DNA of 64,000 nt, from positions 1-64,000 of the forward strand of contig CAWHVC010000005.1 of assembly GCA_963832745.1 (NCBI GenBank). The letters are read 5' to 3'. This document shows positions 53,347-63,600 of this stretch, piece by piece; position 1 is the first letter of the stretch; every line of letters starts with the position of its first letter. Origin of the DNA: Candidatus Bathyarchaeota archaeon (GTDB lineage: Archaea; Thermoproteota; Bathyarchaeia; Bathyarchaeales; Bathycorpusculaceae). A program made the position numbers and the translations under genes. The notes below the pieces were generated by a model. That model was not told where the DNA came from and searched no databases. It saw only the letters and a list, made by a program, of their open reading frames with translations.

Positions 53347-54039
53347 TTAGAACACAAAACCCTCGGTAAATATGCGTTTCATTATACCCCAGCCGTCACG
53401 CATGCGAAGCTTTTTTTCGCCTAGTCTACTGCGGTATTCAATAGGAATCTCAACAATCTTGTAGCCTCTACGCCCCATAATCGCGTTTAGTTCCGCTTCA
53501 ACATCAAAACCGTTACTTTTCAGTTTCAAACCTTCCAAAGCGTCACTTCGAACAACCCGCAAACCTGATAATGGATCAGCAAGTTTAACACCGTTCATGA
53601 CTTGTTGGGCAAAAGCGAGCAACCTGTTTCCGAAGTAAAACGGGTTCTTAAATGACTGATTAACGCCGCCTACGTTTTTGAAACGGTTTCCTATAACCAT
53701 ACCTACTTTAGGGTCCTGCTCTAAAATTTCAATCATTTTAGGAACGTACTCAGCAGGGTAAGTATAGTCGGCGTCAGTGAAAACAATAAACTCTGATTGT
53801 GAACCGTACATGCGTAAGCCTTGGGACATGGCGTTTCCTTTGCCCTTGCCTTCCTGCAAAAGCACGTCTGCACCCATGTTTTTGGCTATCTCTATTGTTT
53901 TATCAACACTGTTACCATCAACAACAATAAACTTTGAATCATGAAGTACGCTTTGCATTTCCAGCAATGTTGGACCTATGCCTTCCTCTTCGTTGAGAGT
54001 TGCGATAACGACTGAAACAAAAGAGCGAAAATTGTCCAT
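53347..54039 (-). CDS. DPM1-like GT2 (polyprenol-phosphate glycosyltransferase)
   Basis: VDGNSVD, GKGKG, DADYTY, GFDVEAE, RLGEKK. Confidence 0.9.
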   Translation of the reverse strand: MDNFRSFVSVVIATLNEEEGIGPTLLEMQSVLHDSKFIVVDGNSVDKTIEIAKNMGADVLLQEGKGKGNAMSQGLRMYGSQSEFIVFTDADYTYPAEYVPKMIEILEQDPKVGMVIGNRFKNVGGVNQSFKNPFYFGNRLLAFAQQVMNGVKLADPLSGLRVVRSDALEGLKLKSNGFDVEAELNAIMGRRGYKIVEIPIEYRSRLGEKKLRMRDGWGIMKRIFTEGFVF

Positions 54040-54247
54040 AAAAGGTATCTCCTAAAAACTTCTCGGGTTCTCTTAAAAACAATGCAAAGAAACGTTCATT
54101 TAAAGATGTAAGGAGTATATGCCCCGAAAAACAGGTCCATTTTCTAGAACAATAAGTTAATGTTACATTCAAAGCAGGCATGCAAAATGCACCTTTAGCA
54201 ATCGACCAAAAAACTTGTTTTAAGCGTTAAAATTGAAAAGAGACGTT

Positions 54248-54883
54248 TTAAAAGCTGAAAGTCACTGTGAAAACATGCGTGATTTCGTCAATCAATGCAT
54301 GCAACAATTGCCAACTGCGAAATTGATACAGCTTGTGAAAAACAAAACTTAAAGCTAATTTTTGTTTACTGTTTCCGGTTGGCTTGACAAAAAGACGGTT
54401 ATCTTGCTTAACCACTATCCAACTGTGCACTTCTTCCCCGTACAGAAACTCGTTAAACCATGTCGGGCACTGAATAAAACCATGCTTTGCCACACGTTTT
54501 AGTTCTAAATAAAACATGCCCGGATAAGCAATGTGCTCAAGAAGGTAATAGCTTGTGACAAAATCAAACGCGCCGTTTTTGAAAGGCAAAAAGTAGCAGC
54601 TGCATAAAACAAACGGTTTTCCAGCGGTTTCTAAACGTTTCATGCTTCTGTCCTTTACAGGCAAAGCGTTAAGGTCGCACACTACGTCTGCTTTTGGAAA
54701 AGGTTTTGCCCCGCATGCAACGTCAAGACAAAAAGGTAGATGCCCAATGGTGGAGTTAGCGACTTGAAAGTAGCTGCGTTTGCCAAATTTGAAGCGATCA
54801 AGCTCAGATTTTCGGATTGGAAACCGTTTAAGTGTCGTGTCCACAGGTACAGAAGTTCGATGGTCTTGGATAGTTTGATTCAT
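54248..54883 (-). CDS. SAM-dependent methyltransferase
   Basis: LDVACG, LPFKNGAFD, LLEH. Confidence 0.8.
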   Translation of the reverse strand: MNQTIQDHRTSVPVDTTLKRFPIRKSELDRFKFGKRSYFQVANSTIGHLPFCLDVACGAKPFPKADVVCDLNALPVKDRSMKRLETAGKPFVLCSCYFLPFKNGAFDFVTSYYLLEHIAYPGMFYLELKRVAKHGFIQCPTWFNEFLYGEEVHSWIVVKQDNRLFVKPTGNSKQKLALSFVFHKLYQFRSWQLLHALIDEITHVFTVTFSF

Positions 54884-54894
54884 AAGTGTACAGG

Positions 54895-56046
54895 CTACAA
54901 TTCGTTTAAGGATGAAACAAACGATTCCGTGATGTAATCAAGGTTTTCTTGTGTTAAATTGACGTGCATTGGAAGGCAAAGAATTTTTTGAAGAACACGT
55001 TCTGCAACTGGAAATTCTCCTTTGTAGGAATAGTTTTCTAGATAGTAGGGTTGCAGGTGACAAGGTGGAGAGTAAACGCTGCCGGTTTCTATTCCTTTTT
55101 CTTTGAGTTTAAGAGCTAACTGGTCTCGGTCAATTTCGTCGGCCAGTTTAACAGGGTACTTGTAGTAACTGTGCCTAATGTTAGGCGGAACATGAAAAAG
55201 CGAGACACCGCTAATTTTGTCTAAAGCTTTCTCGTAATATCGAGCAATCAAGTTTCGACGTGCAACAAATTCTTCAAGGTTAGACAATTGGCTTTTCCCG
55301 ACAATAGCAGCAATTTCACTTAACCGCCAATTATGACCAAGCATAACAACTTCTTTTTGCGAAGTTTGTCCACAATTGCGCATGCAACGCGCCGCCTCAG
55401 CCAACCCATTGTTGTTTGAAATTATCATGCCGCCTTCACAGCTTGTCATAATCTTAGTCGGGTACAAAGAGAAACAACCCACGTCCCCCATGGTGCCAGA
55501 CATTTTGCCGTCAATCATGGCCCCATGCGCATGAGAAGCATCCTCCAAAAGAACCAATCCGTTCTCCTCACAAAACTGTTTAAGCTCACCGATTTGTGGA
55601 CAGACAAGCCCAGCAATATGCACAGCTACTACAGCGGCTGTTTTAGAGGTAAGTTTACGTTTCACATCTTCGGGGTCGATGCAAAGAGTGTCTTCACGCA
55701 TGTCAGCAAGGACAGGTTTTCCTCCAGCAAAAATTACTGCGTTAGGTGTGGAAATGAATGTGTTTGTTGGCACTATGACTTCTTTGTCTTTTACTCCAAA
55801 ATGCCTAAGCGCAATTTCAAGCGATGCTGTTCCAGAATTAACGCCTACCGCATATTTTACGTGGTTGTATTCTGCAAAGGCACGCTCAAAACTCTCCAAG
55901 CGGGGTCCACCGGTTAAAACGCTGCTTCGTAAAGTGGTTTCGATATCCCTTAGAATTGCTTGCAAACTGTCCTCTGGGAAAAAAGGTTGAGAAGACAAAA
56001 GATGATTCATCATTTCACATTTTTCTGTTCGTAAAGTTTTTTCCAT
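54895..56046 (-). CDS. DegT/DnrJ/EryC1/StrS sugar aminotransferase
   Basis: NSGTASL, EDASHAHG, SLYPTKIMTSCEGG; true start probably near 56012. Confidence 0.93.
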   Translation of the reverse strand: MEKTLRTEKCEMMNHLLSSQPFFPEDSLQAILRDIETTLRSSVLTGGPRLESFERAFAEYNHVKYAVGVNSGTASLEIALRHFGVKDKEVIVPTNTFISTPNAVIFAGGKPVLADMREDTLCIDPEDVKRKLTSKTAAVVAVHIAGLVCPQIGELKQFCEENGLVLLEDASHAHGAMIDGKMSGTMGDVGCFSLYPTKIMTSCEGGMIISNNNGLAEAARCMRNCGQTSQKEVVMLGHNWRLSEIAAIVGKSQLSNLEEFVARRNLIARYYEKALDKISGVSLFHVPPNIRHSYYKYPVKLADEIDRDQLALKLKEKGIETGSVYSPPCHLQPYYLENYSYKGEFPVAERVLQKILCLPMHVNLTQENLDYITESFVSSLNEL

Positions 56047-56780
56047 TCATTAACACCTGAACAAAAAAGAAAATCAACAACTGAAAGGTTAGACGCAAAT
56101 TGTCCGTGTAACTGTGGATAATAGGGGTGCTGAAAATTTTGAAAACAAAGTTTTATGCCTTCATCCTCGAAACGTTGAGGGTTAATGTAGCATTTTCCAC
56201 CTGTTCCAGCAAGTTGTGTGTCACCGCCGACTGCTTTGCATTGAGCAATGATTAACTCGCTTTTTCGCCCAGACACGCCTAAAGTGGAGCCCATAACAAG
56301 AGGCGTATTGATGTCTAAGAAACGCATTATTCCACGGATAAGATGCATGTTTAAATCAATTAATTTAACCCATTTCCGGGCGTAAGCATCTTCAAAAAAA
56401 ACGCCGTAGTCACGCCAATATGGAGCTTTACAATAACTGTGTTTAAGTGTTAACCAGTGTCTTAACGCCCACCCTGGTTCACCTTCATTAGAGATTTCAA
56501 TGTCTTTTATTTTTAGAGGTAAATTAGCATGCTTGATTGGAACACTTAACAACCTTACCCCGTCAACCGTTTTAACCTTGTTTCGACTGATGAAACCTTG
56601 GCGTTCAAACTGAACGTCATCTTCAATTATAAATAAGTCACTTGTCTGCATTTTATCGAAAAAGCCTAGCCAAGGCAAATAATTTGGCTGATGCCCTGAA
56701 ACAATCAAGGTTGAGTCACAAACGATCAAACTCATATCAGGTACTCTTTTCTGTTTTTTCGACGTAACGTACAACTTCAA
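56010..56780 (-). CDS. WbqC-like protein
   Basis: HQPNYLPWLGFF, DDVQF, YPQL...NLSVVD. Confidence 0.92.
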   Translation of the reverse strand: MKLYVTSKKQKRVPDMSLIVCDSTLIVSGHQPNYLPWLGFFDKMQTSDLFIIEDDVQFERQGFISRNKVKTVDGVRLLSVPIKHANLPLKIKDIEISNEGEPGWALRHWLTLKHSYCKAPYWRDYGVFFEDAYARKWVKLIDLNMHLIRGIMRFLDINTPLVMGSTLGVSGRKSELIIAQCKAVGGDTQLAGTGGKCYINPQRFEDEGIKLCFQNFQHPYYPQLHGQFASNLSVVDFLFCSGVNEWKKLYEQKNVK

Positions 56781-57393
56781 AAGCTTCAGCAGCAGGCAAA
56801 CTAACTTGGCTGCCTCTAAACGACGCCAAATTCACCATTGATTCATATGTAATGTAACGTTTTGTTTTCTGAGAAAAATGGCACTTCAACGCCATCCATT
56901 TATCGTTAACACAGTTTGTAATGTCAACAAAGTAGGTAGGAGAAAACGCTTGTGTAACCCTTGGAGTCTCATAAGCCAGCAGCCTCGGCGCGTTACGGAA
57001 AGCTGAAACCGAAAGCCAACCGACCTGCCGATGATCCTGATGAATATCATTAACTGTATGTGTTAGCACTGTGTCAGGCTTGTTTGCAACAAAAAAAGCT
57101 TCTAAGAAATCAATTGCCTGTCGTGAACAGGGAATTTCGCTGTCAGGAAAATCGCCGAAATAAACCTCTTTTACGCCCAGCAATGAAAGGGCTTCAATGC
57201 TTTCTTTAGGCCTGACTTCAGGATTGCCACTTTGTTCTCCTTTTGAAAGAAAAACCGCGATTACTCGTTTGCCAAGTTTTGAGGCTGCGCTTATTGTTCC
57301 GCCGCATCCCAACTCGATGTCGTCTGGGTGAGCACCAATTGCTAAAATAACTTCTGACTTTAAAACCAACTTAAAAATGCCTCCGAAAAACAA
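56737..57393 (-). CDS. PIG-L family deacetylase
   Basis: AHPDDIELG, DIHQDH, HFSQ, AEAF. Confidence 0.92.
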   Translation of the reverse strand: MFFGGIFKLVLKSEVILAIGAHPDDIELGCGGTISAASKLGKRVIAVFLSKGEQSGNPEVRPKESIEALSLLGVKEVYFGDFPDSEIPCSRQAIDFLEAFFVANKPDTVLTHTVNDIHQDHRQVGWLSVSAFRNAPRLLAYETPRVTQAFSPTYFVDITNCVNDKWMALKCHFSQKTKRYITYESMVNLASFRGSQVSLPAAEAFEVVRYVEKTEKST

Positions 57394-57408
57394 AACGAGA
57401 GTGTCTGG

Positions 57409-57999
57409 TCAGCGTAGGTTTACCCATAAACCGACGTAACGTTGATTATACTGAAAACTGCCTGAAGCGTCATTGTAAAGGTACAACTCAAAAAATATGT
57501 TACCTAAATACGCGTTTTCTTTGGAATCCCACGCTATAGGCAAATTATCCATATCAACTGAAGTCCCGTTAACATCAAGGCTGTTTAAAGTGGCTTCACG
57601 TGAATCTATATGATAATTAAAAGCTAAGTCAACCCGCAACTCTAAAGATTGCTCGTCTTCAACATTAAAAACGAAATCGGTCAGCGGCGGCAAACTGCTT
57701 GCTGTGTGGTTGAAACTGTCAGGGCCCGACTGGTTTTGAGTACGGAATTTTACTTCCAGCTTGTAACGTGCTTGAGAGCCTAAATGGTTGCCAATTGTGA
57801 AATACAGCGGGTAAACATCGCCTGAAGTCAAATTGTATGGGTAAGTGGCATTATGGTAGGGACCAAGCACTGAGAGTTCAGTTAACGGTTCAGTTTTCGG
57901 AGCTGAAACGTACTGTTCAATCAGGGGTGATGCAATAACTAAAGCTAAAATGGCTACAACAACCAAAATCAATGCACGGTATTTCTGAAAAAAACTCAT
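57409..57999 (-). CDS. DUF1616-like membrane-anchored protein
   Basis: TM then EPLTELSVLGP, IGNHLG, LWVN. Confidence 0.75.
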   Translation of the reverse strand: MSFFQKYRALILVVVAILALVIASPLIEQYVSAPKTEPLTELSVLGPYHNATYPYNLTSGDVYPLYFTIGNHLGSQARYKLEVKFRTQNQSGPDSFNHTASSLPPLTDFVFNVEDEQSLELRVDLAFNYHIDSREATLNSLDVNGTSVDMDNLPIAWDSKENAYLGNIFFELYLYNDASGSFQYNQRYVGLWVNLR

Positions 58000-58099
58000 T
58001 TAGGCTGCCTCCTTATTTTTTGTTCCACAACCGTTGCACAAGAAACAGTATTCAGGAATAGGGCTTGGTTTAACTTTAACATGTTTTTACCTCAAAAAG

Positions 58100-58435
58100 T
58101 TAGGGCGTGGCTGTTAGGTCTTCTTTGTAAAGACATAAGTCTTCGAGCACACGTTTTTTATTGGAAAAATCGTTAAGACGTTTTTCTATGCTTTTGTTTG
58201 TTCGAGCGTATTCTTTGTAAGCGGAAAGGTAGTCTTGACCTTTAGAAGTTATTAGATAACTTTGGTTTTCACCTTGGAACTGTAAAAGCGAAGCAACTGT
58301 AACCTCGTTTAGGTACCGTTGAAGCACCTTGTAACTAAGGTTTGCCTGATACATTATCTGAGTTTTTTTAGCTTCACGACTGGCAGCCTGCAGAATATCC
58401 GCAATAATGTCTAGTCTATCTCGATAATTGCCCAA
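58100..58435 (-). CDS. ArnR1-like winged-helix regulator heading the glycan locus
   Basis: RDRLDIIADIL, KKTQIMYQANLSY, ITSKG. Confidence 0.88.
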   Translation of the reverse strand: MGNYRDRLDIIADILQAASREAKKTQIMYQANLSYKVLQRYLNEVTVASLLQFQGENQSYLITSKGQDYLSAYKEYARTNKSIEKRLNDFSNKKRVLEDLCLYKEDLTATP

Positions 58436-58480
58436 AAACAGTCCCTCACAAAAACAAAAACTAAACTAAAAACAGCAAGG

Positions 58481-58864
58481 TCAGGTTACATGCAGCCAGC
58501 CTCTTCCGCCCTTTTTCGGTTGCTGACGAACCCTTTTTTCGTCCGCTACATAATCATTTTTTCTATTGGGAGAGGGCTTGTTTGCAATGTTTGTTTTGAC
58601 AAACTTGTTCCAGCCGCCCACGAAACGGTCAGGGGGAACATAGCGTTCGGCATCTGTGACTTCGTGTTGTTCTAGGATTTCTTTAAAATTTAGCGCTTTG
58701 TAGGCTCTTGTCGCGTGGATGATTGTGCCTTTATCTACAAATAGTTGAGAGTAATCAGTGACGGCTATTCCTTCAGCTCGCACTTTGTCGTCGCGTCTTT
58801 CTCGCCAAAGTTTTTTCCATTCAATCTTTAATTCTTCAACCAACTCTTTTTGACTTATAGCCAT
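58481..58864 (-). CDS. Hypothetical protein
   Basis: 127-aa ORF co-oriented with the locus, plausible SD. Confidence 0.7.
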   Translation of the reverse strand: MAISQKELVEELKIEWKKLWRERRDDKVRAEGIAVTDYSQLFVDKGTIIHATRAYKALNFKEILEQHEVTDAERYVPPDRFVGGWNKFVKTNIANKPSPNRKNDYVADEKRVRQQPKKGGRGWLHVT

Positions 58865-59219
58865 GTCTAGAAAATCCCTTCCTGATAGAAGTGGATAAGA
58901 AATAAAGGTTATTTTATTTGACTAAAACAAGCGTGAGGCTAATCCTCATTCAAATATGGAACTTTAGAGCGATATTTAAACCGTAAGTACGATTAAATGA
59001 TGTTTTATCTAGAATAAGAGTGGGTTTTCTGAAAAAAATACGTTGAAGTTAAGGTAGAATAAGAGATAATGCATAGAACTCAGAAGGATTTATGGCTAAC
59101 TACTGCTGAAGTCGACAGAAACCTGTTGAATGCTTAGAGAATTATTTACTGTTTCAATGGTTTAAAGTTTAGGTTAAAAATTGAACGCCAAATATAAAGG
59201 TGGAAAAAGGTAAAGGAGC

Positions 59220-59600
59220 TTATTTTAAGGATTCTTTTAATGCTGCAAAATACGTTAGAACCTGCTCAAACTCAGCTTTCGACATAGACAGAATCGTTTG
59301 AACAGCTTCCCGCTGCTTTGGCGACTGCGAAACCGTGGTTGTAGCCAACGCGTAATCAAGGTTTGTGAAGAGTTGTTCCCAAGGAATATTGACCTTTAAA
59401 CCTTTTAATTTGTACAAAGTTAAAGTGTATGCGCTGGCGCGGCTTAAACTGTCTTTAAACCCTCGGATAGCAGAGGCAACTTCTAACGCGTCGTAATCCT
59501 TCGCTGAAAGGCTAATTTTGATTTGACGGTAAGTTTGCTCTAAATTGATAATCTCTGCTGATAGGTCTTGCTTGATTTTTGCTTCAGTTCCTTCCGACAT
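59220..59600 (-). CDS. Hypothetical helical protein
   Basis: 126-aa ORF, amphipathic helices. Confidence 0.65.
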   Translation of the reverse strand: MSEGTEAKIKQDLSAEIINLEQTYRQIKISLSAKDYDALEVASAIRGFKDSLSRASAYTLTLYKLKGLKVNIPWEQLFTNLDYALATTTVSQSPKQREAVQTILSMSKAEFEQVLTYFAALKESLK

Positions 59601-59780
59601 ACTATTCGCCCAGTTGATAGCAGCAAAGGTAATAGATAAGACTTTATCTTGGTACTTCTGCGTTTATAGAAGTGCATTTATGTCCCGTTGAGGGTCATTC
59701 GTCAAACTTTTTACCCCAACACCCTTCCAGTGATCTGGTATCCTAGGCAATAGCACACTTTTTACCCGCTTAATTCACCA

Positions 59781-60941
59781 CTATGTCGACGGAAATCTTC
59801 GTCGCAAATAACCTTTTAGAAATTCATGATCATTTGCTAATTCCGTGCTTTTTACAATTTGGCCCTCAAGCCTATCCAATGCTATACCAAACGTCTGTTC
59901 TACACCATACCCCTCGCCTGAACTGAAAAATGCGCCACTCTTTGTTCTAAATTGCAATCGACAGTGAATTAACTGATCGCCCTTGAAGTTTGTGCCATGC
60001 GTCTTCATGTAAACAAATAACGTGCCAGCCTCTAGTGTTCCGCCATATCTATGGGTGAAAGATTCGAAGTCGTCCATAATGGCACCTCTTTGGATTTCAT
60101 CAATTTTCACATCTTTAACTGAAAATTGCACAGTAAGCCTTTGTGCAGGCTGTTCCATTTGAGCGAGAGGTTCAAGAAAGTCACGTTTAGTTATAATACC
60201 GACAGGTCTTCCTTTGCTGACGATTACCAAAGAGGAAATGTTGAATTTGTGCATTTGTTCTTCAGCATCGCGCAATTTGGTTTCAGGCAAAACAGTGATT
60301 ACAGGCTTAACCATTAGGCCCTTCGCGGGAATGCTTAAAACTGGAACTTTCTCACCTACTCTTTCGCCAAACCTTTGCACATGTCTAGGCTGAAAGATAT
60401 GCTCGATAATATCTGAAATGCTCACTATTCCCACGAGTTTTCCTTCTTTGACTATGGGCACGTGAGAGATACCCTCACTTCTCAACAGGTTCAGCACTGC
60501 CCCTAGTGATTCATCTTCTTCTATGATGAACGGATCCTTGGTCATTACTTCTTTGACATGAGTGTTACCCCATTGCTCCATTACAACGCCATGGATAACA
60601 TTCTCATCTGTTACAAAACCTATGAGTTTCTGTTCATTGTAAACTGGAAGTTGCCTGATTTCGCTCTCGATCATTAGCTTAGCTACTTTGCTGAGGGAAT
60701 CCTGCATTGTAACAGCAGGCGCTGGCCGCGTCAAAGTTTTTACTTTGGTTCCAGACGTATCAAAACTGGTCCGATTGATCGATTTTTTTGAAATAATCCC
60801 TTTGTAACTGCCTTTACTGTCGAATACTGCTAAAACAGGCGGCATTCCTTCTTTGAAATGTGATAAACAAGAAGCGAGCGTATCATCCTCATGTACTTCT
60901 GTGAAACCCTTTGAAAATACATCTTCCACAATTTTAACCAT
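59781..60941 (-). CDS. Four-CBS-domain protein with C-terminal HPF/RaiA-like domain
   Basis: Four CBS repeats (GIIS, GFVT, GIVS, GIIT); C-terminal beta-alpha-beta-beta-beta-alpha ending ALDRLEGQI. Confidence 0.8.
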   Translation of the reverse strand: MVKIVEDVFSKGFTEVHEDDTLASCLSHFKEGMPPVLAVFDSKGSYKGIISKKSINRTSFDTSGTKVKTLTRPAPAVTMQDSLSKVAKLMIESEIRQLPVYNEQKLIGFVTDENVIHGVVMEQWGNTHVKEVMTKDPFIIEEDESLGAVLNLLRSEGISHVPIVKEGKLVGIVSISDIIEHIFQPRHVQRFGERVGEKVPVLSIPAKGLMVKPVITVLPETKLRDAEEQMHKFNISSLVIVSKGRPVGIITKRDFLEPLAQMEQPAQRLTVQFSVKDVKIDEIQRGAIMDDFESFTHRYGGTLEAGTLFVYMKTHGTNFKGDQLIHCRLQFRTKSGAFFSSGEGYGVEQTFGIALDRLEGQIVKSTELANDHEFLKGYLRRRFPST

Positions 60942-60973
60942 AAAAACACTTCATTACTCTTATTAATTCAATT

Positions 60974-61315
60974 TTAGGGATTGAATTCCCCATTAACATC
61001 CTCTCCGGCGATGTCCTCGTTATAGTTTTCGTCCTCATGAGCTTCTTCTTCAGATTCTTCTTCTTGCTCCTCTTCGCTGGCTCTTTCTCTGGCCCCTGCA
61101 GCCCTTGCTTTATCTTCAGCTTCACCTTTTGAAGGAAAAGCATCATCTAACCATAGTTTAAACTGTTTTTTACCTTCCGAATTGGAAAAAGCCCACTCAC
61201 ATAATTCACTGAAAACGCTATTCAAGTCAACCTGGTGATCGTTAGCTAACTGTTTTAGGTACTGTTCCCATTTAGCAGGAACAGATATCGCTAATCTGCT
61301 CATTTTTTTACTCAT
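60974..61315 (-). CDS. RHH-like protein with acidic C-terminal tail
   Basis: RLAISVPAKWEQYLKQLA...LNSVFSEL; EEEQEEESEEE tail; start reassigned to the ATG overlapping the upstream gene end. Confidence 0.65.
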   Translation of the reverse strand: MSKKMSRLAISVPAKWEQYLKQLANDHQVDLNSVFSELCEWAFSNSEGKKQFKLWLDDAFPSKGEAEDKARAAGARERASEEEQEEESEEEAHEDENYNEDIAGEDVNGEFNP

Positions 61316-61490
61316 GCCCTTTCGTTTCATGGTGCATTGTATCTCTGTGTCGCTCCATCTCTGAATTGGTCTTGAAAGTTTTGCCACAGACAGGACAAGG
61401 AATATTGTTTGGCTCTACGCCGCCGACTGGTATTTCTTGAGATGACGGCGCACCCAACGTGTGGGGCTGATGAGAATCTTTGTCGCTCAT
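61308..61490 (-). CDS. Small C2H2 zinc-finger protein
   Basis: CPVCGKTFKTNSEMERHRDTMH; AGGTG SD. Confidence 0.75.
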   Translation of the reverse strand: MSDKDSHQPHTLGAPSSQEIPVGGVEPNNIPCPVCGKTFKTNSEMERHRDTMHHETKGHE

Positions 61491-61666
61491 AACTTAACAC
61501 CTAAACAAGCCATAACTAGGTTCAGTCTTCTTAAGCATATGTGGGTGTAGCTAGACACCCACAAGTCACTTTTTGTTTCAAAGCTATTTACCAAAAAGAC
61601 ATGTAAGTAAAAAATATGCGTTAATTTTAGAAGAGAGAGTAACAACTTAGTAGTAAGGAAGCAAAC

Positions 61667-62614
61667 ATGTCAAGAAAACAGTCATGCGACAGTACATCTT
61701 ACACTGGCGGTTTCAAAATCACGGTAACCCCAGACGGAACTTTTGTTGCCATAAAAGGAAACAATATCCTAAAAGCAGCAAGCGCAGAAGAAATTAACAA
61801 TTTAATAATAATATTTAATGAGACAAACCCGCCGAAAGAAAATGATTCTACTGAATGCGGCGGCGGTCCCTTATTGAATGGGTACTTCTTTGAAATCCAT
61901 AGCAACCTGCCCCGTGAAGGCCCCGGCGACAACAAGTCAACAAGACGAGCGTACCGAATGCTCACAGATTTGCCAGAGAAACCGCGACTCTTGGACATCG
62001 GTTGTGGTCCCGGAATGCAAACAATCGAGTTGGCAAAAATCTCTAACGCAGAAATCACGGCTATGGATAATAATCAATCGTTTTTGGAAGAGCTTGCAAA
62101 AAACTCGAAGGCTGAAGGCGTAGCAGAGAAAATTAAGATTATTCAGGGTGACATGTTCTGTTTGGGTTTTGAAGAGAGCAGTTTTGACGCCTTATGGTGT
62201 GAAGGAGCCATTTTTATTATCGGTTTTGAGAAGGGGCTACACGAATGGCGCAAGTTCCTGTCTGAAAAAGGCTACCTCGCAGTTACGGAAATGTGTTTGA
62301 TAGACCCTAATCCACCCAAGGAGGTTAAGGATTACTTAACAAAAGTGTATCCGCCGATAAAAACGGTTAAAGAAAACTTGGAAATTATTAAGTCGGCTGG
62401 TTACAGTGTGGTGGGTTATTTTGTTTTGCCTGAGTCCAGCTGGTGGGAAAACTATTACTTGCCGATTCTGTCCAAACTGCCGGGGCTTAAAGCCAAGTAT
62501 CGAGCTAACAGAGAGGCTTTTGCGGTTATCGATGCTGAAGAGTTGGAGATTGAAATGTTCCGTAAATACTCCAAGCATTATGGTTACGTATTTTTTGTGA
62601 TGCAGAAAGCATAA
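61667..62614 (+). CDS. Class I SAM-dependent methyltransferase with N-terminal extension
   Basis: LPREGPG, LDIGCGPG, WCEGAIF, YGYVFFV. Confidence 0.88.
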   Translation: MSRKQSCDSTSYTGGFKITVTPDGTFVAIKGNNILKAASAEEINNLIIIFNETNPPKENDSTECGGGPLLNGYFFEIHSNLPREGPGDNKSTRRAYRMLTDLPEKPRLLDIGCGPGMQTIELAKISNAEITAMDNNQSFLEELAKNSKAEGVAEKIKIIQGDMFCLGFEESSFDALWCEGAIFIIGFEKGLHEWRKFLSEKGYLAVTEMCLIDPNPPKEVKDYLTKVYPPIKTVKENLEIIKSAGYSVVGYFVLPESSWWENYYLPILSKLPGLKAKYRANREAFAVIDAEELEIEMFRKYSKHYGYVFFVMQKA

Positions 62615-62808
62615 GACAACTTTTCTTTTTTTATCTGTATTTATGTTGGATAAGACTTCAGAATCTGAATTTTTTCGTAAGTCTTATTAGAGAACAAACC
62701 TAGTTGCCGCTTGTTGATAAAACATGCCAGCCCCCATTAACAACACAAAAACAACAATCAACCCACAAAACAAACTAACAGCCCCAGCCAGCTTGGAGGT
62801 GGACTAAC

Positions 62809-63584
62809 ATGGCAGGCACATCCGTAGCCGTCAGCGAAGCAACAAGACTGGGAGAAATAAAATTCCCCGAATTCACCTCCAAATTAATCACAGACGTTTT
62901 TGACGCCCTAATCGCTGCAAACATAAGACAAACAGAAGCCTACGTTGAACTCTTAAAAGCAGTCTCCAAATCCCTCTCAGAATACATCAACGACACCAAA
63001 GATGACATCAGCGGCGACATGGTACTGCAGTTGCTTGCAAAAGTGCTTCCAGACCCAACAAGCGAGGCAGAACCAAAGTAAGAATCGGCGCAACCTTCTC
63101 CCAAACGGACGCTGAAACATTAAACAAAGCACTCGTTGTACCCAGGCGTACAAGAAACACCAGGCATCGCCGCAACAGCAATCAACAACCAAACTGCATT
63201 AGACCAAATAATTTCAGCAGTGGCAACACGCATTGCAGCAGACAAGTATAGTTTGCTTAAAGAAATGGTAAAAATGGGTGTTTTACGGTTAGTCGTTGAA
63301 CAGGGAGTAATTGAAACCAAGTTAACTTTCACTACTTACGGTTCAACTTTCTACGAGTCAACTAAAAACAACTACAACTCCAGCTCATTTCAGTTAAAGC
63401 TAAAGCTAGAACCGGCGGATTAGCCAGCCTTTGGGTAAAAGCTTCAGCATCAACAAGCTTCACTTCAATGCATATCTCTACAGCTAAAGAAACAAACCGC
63501 GACATTTCAGGCAGCCAAGTCCAAATCTACGGTCACGTTCAAATCAACTTCAAAACAGACTACCAATCGTTAAGCACCTCCTAA
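62809..63584 (+). CDS. Hypothetical protein (frameshifted): helical N-terminus + Ser/Thr-rich beta C-terminus
   Basis: GGAGGTG SD; fragments join to ...KMGVLRLVVEQGVIETKLTF...NRDISGSQVQIYGHVQINFKTDYQSLSTS*. Confidence 0.7.
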
Positions 63585-63600
63585 AAGGTCGACAAGAAAC

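Noticed and set aside
59009-59065. TAGAATAAGAG repeated twice upstream of the glycan locus
   Set aside because: Possible operator, but only two copies in AT-rich DNA; cannot be distinguished from chance
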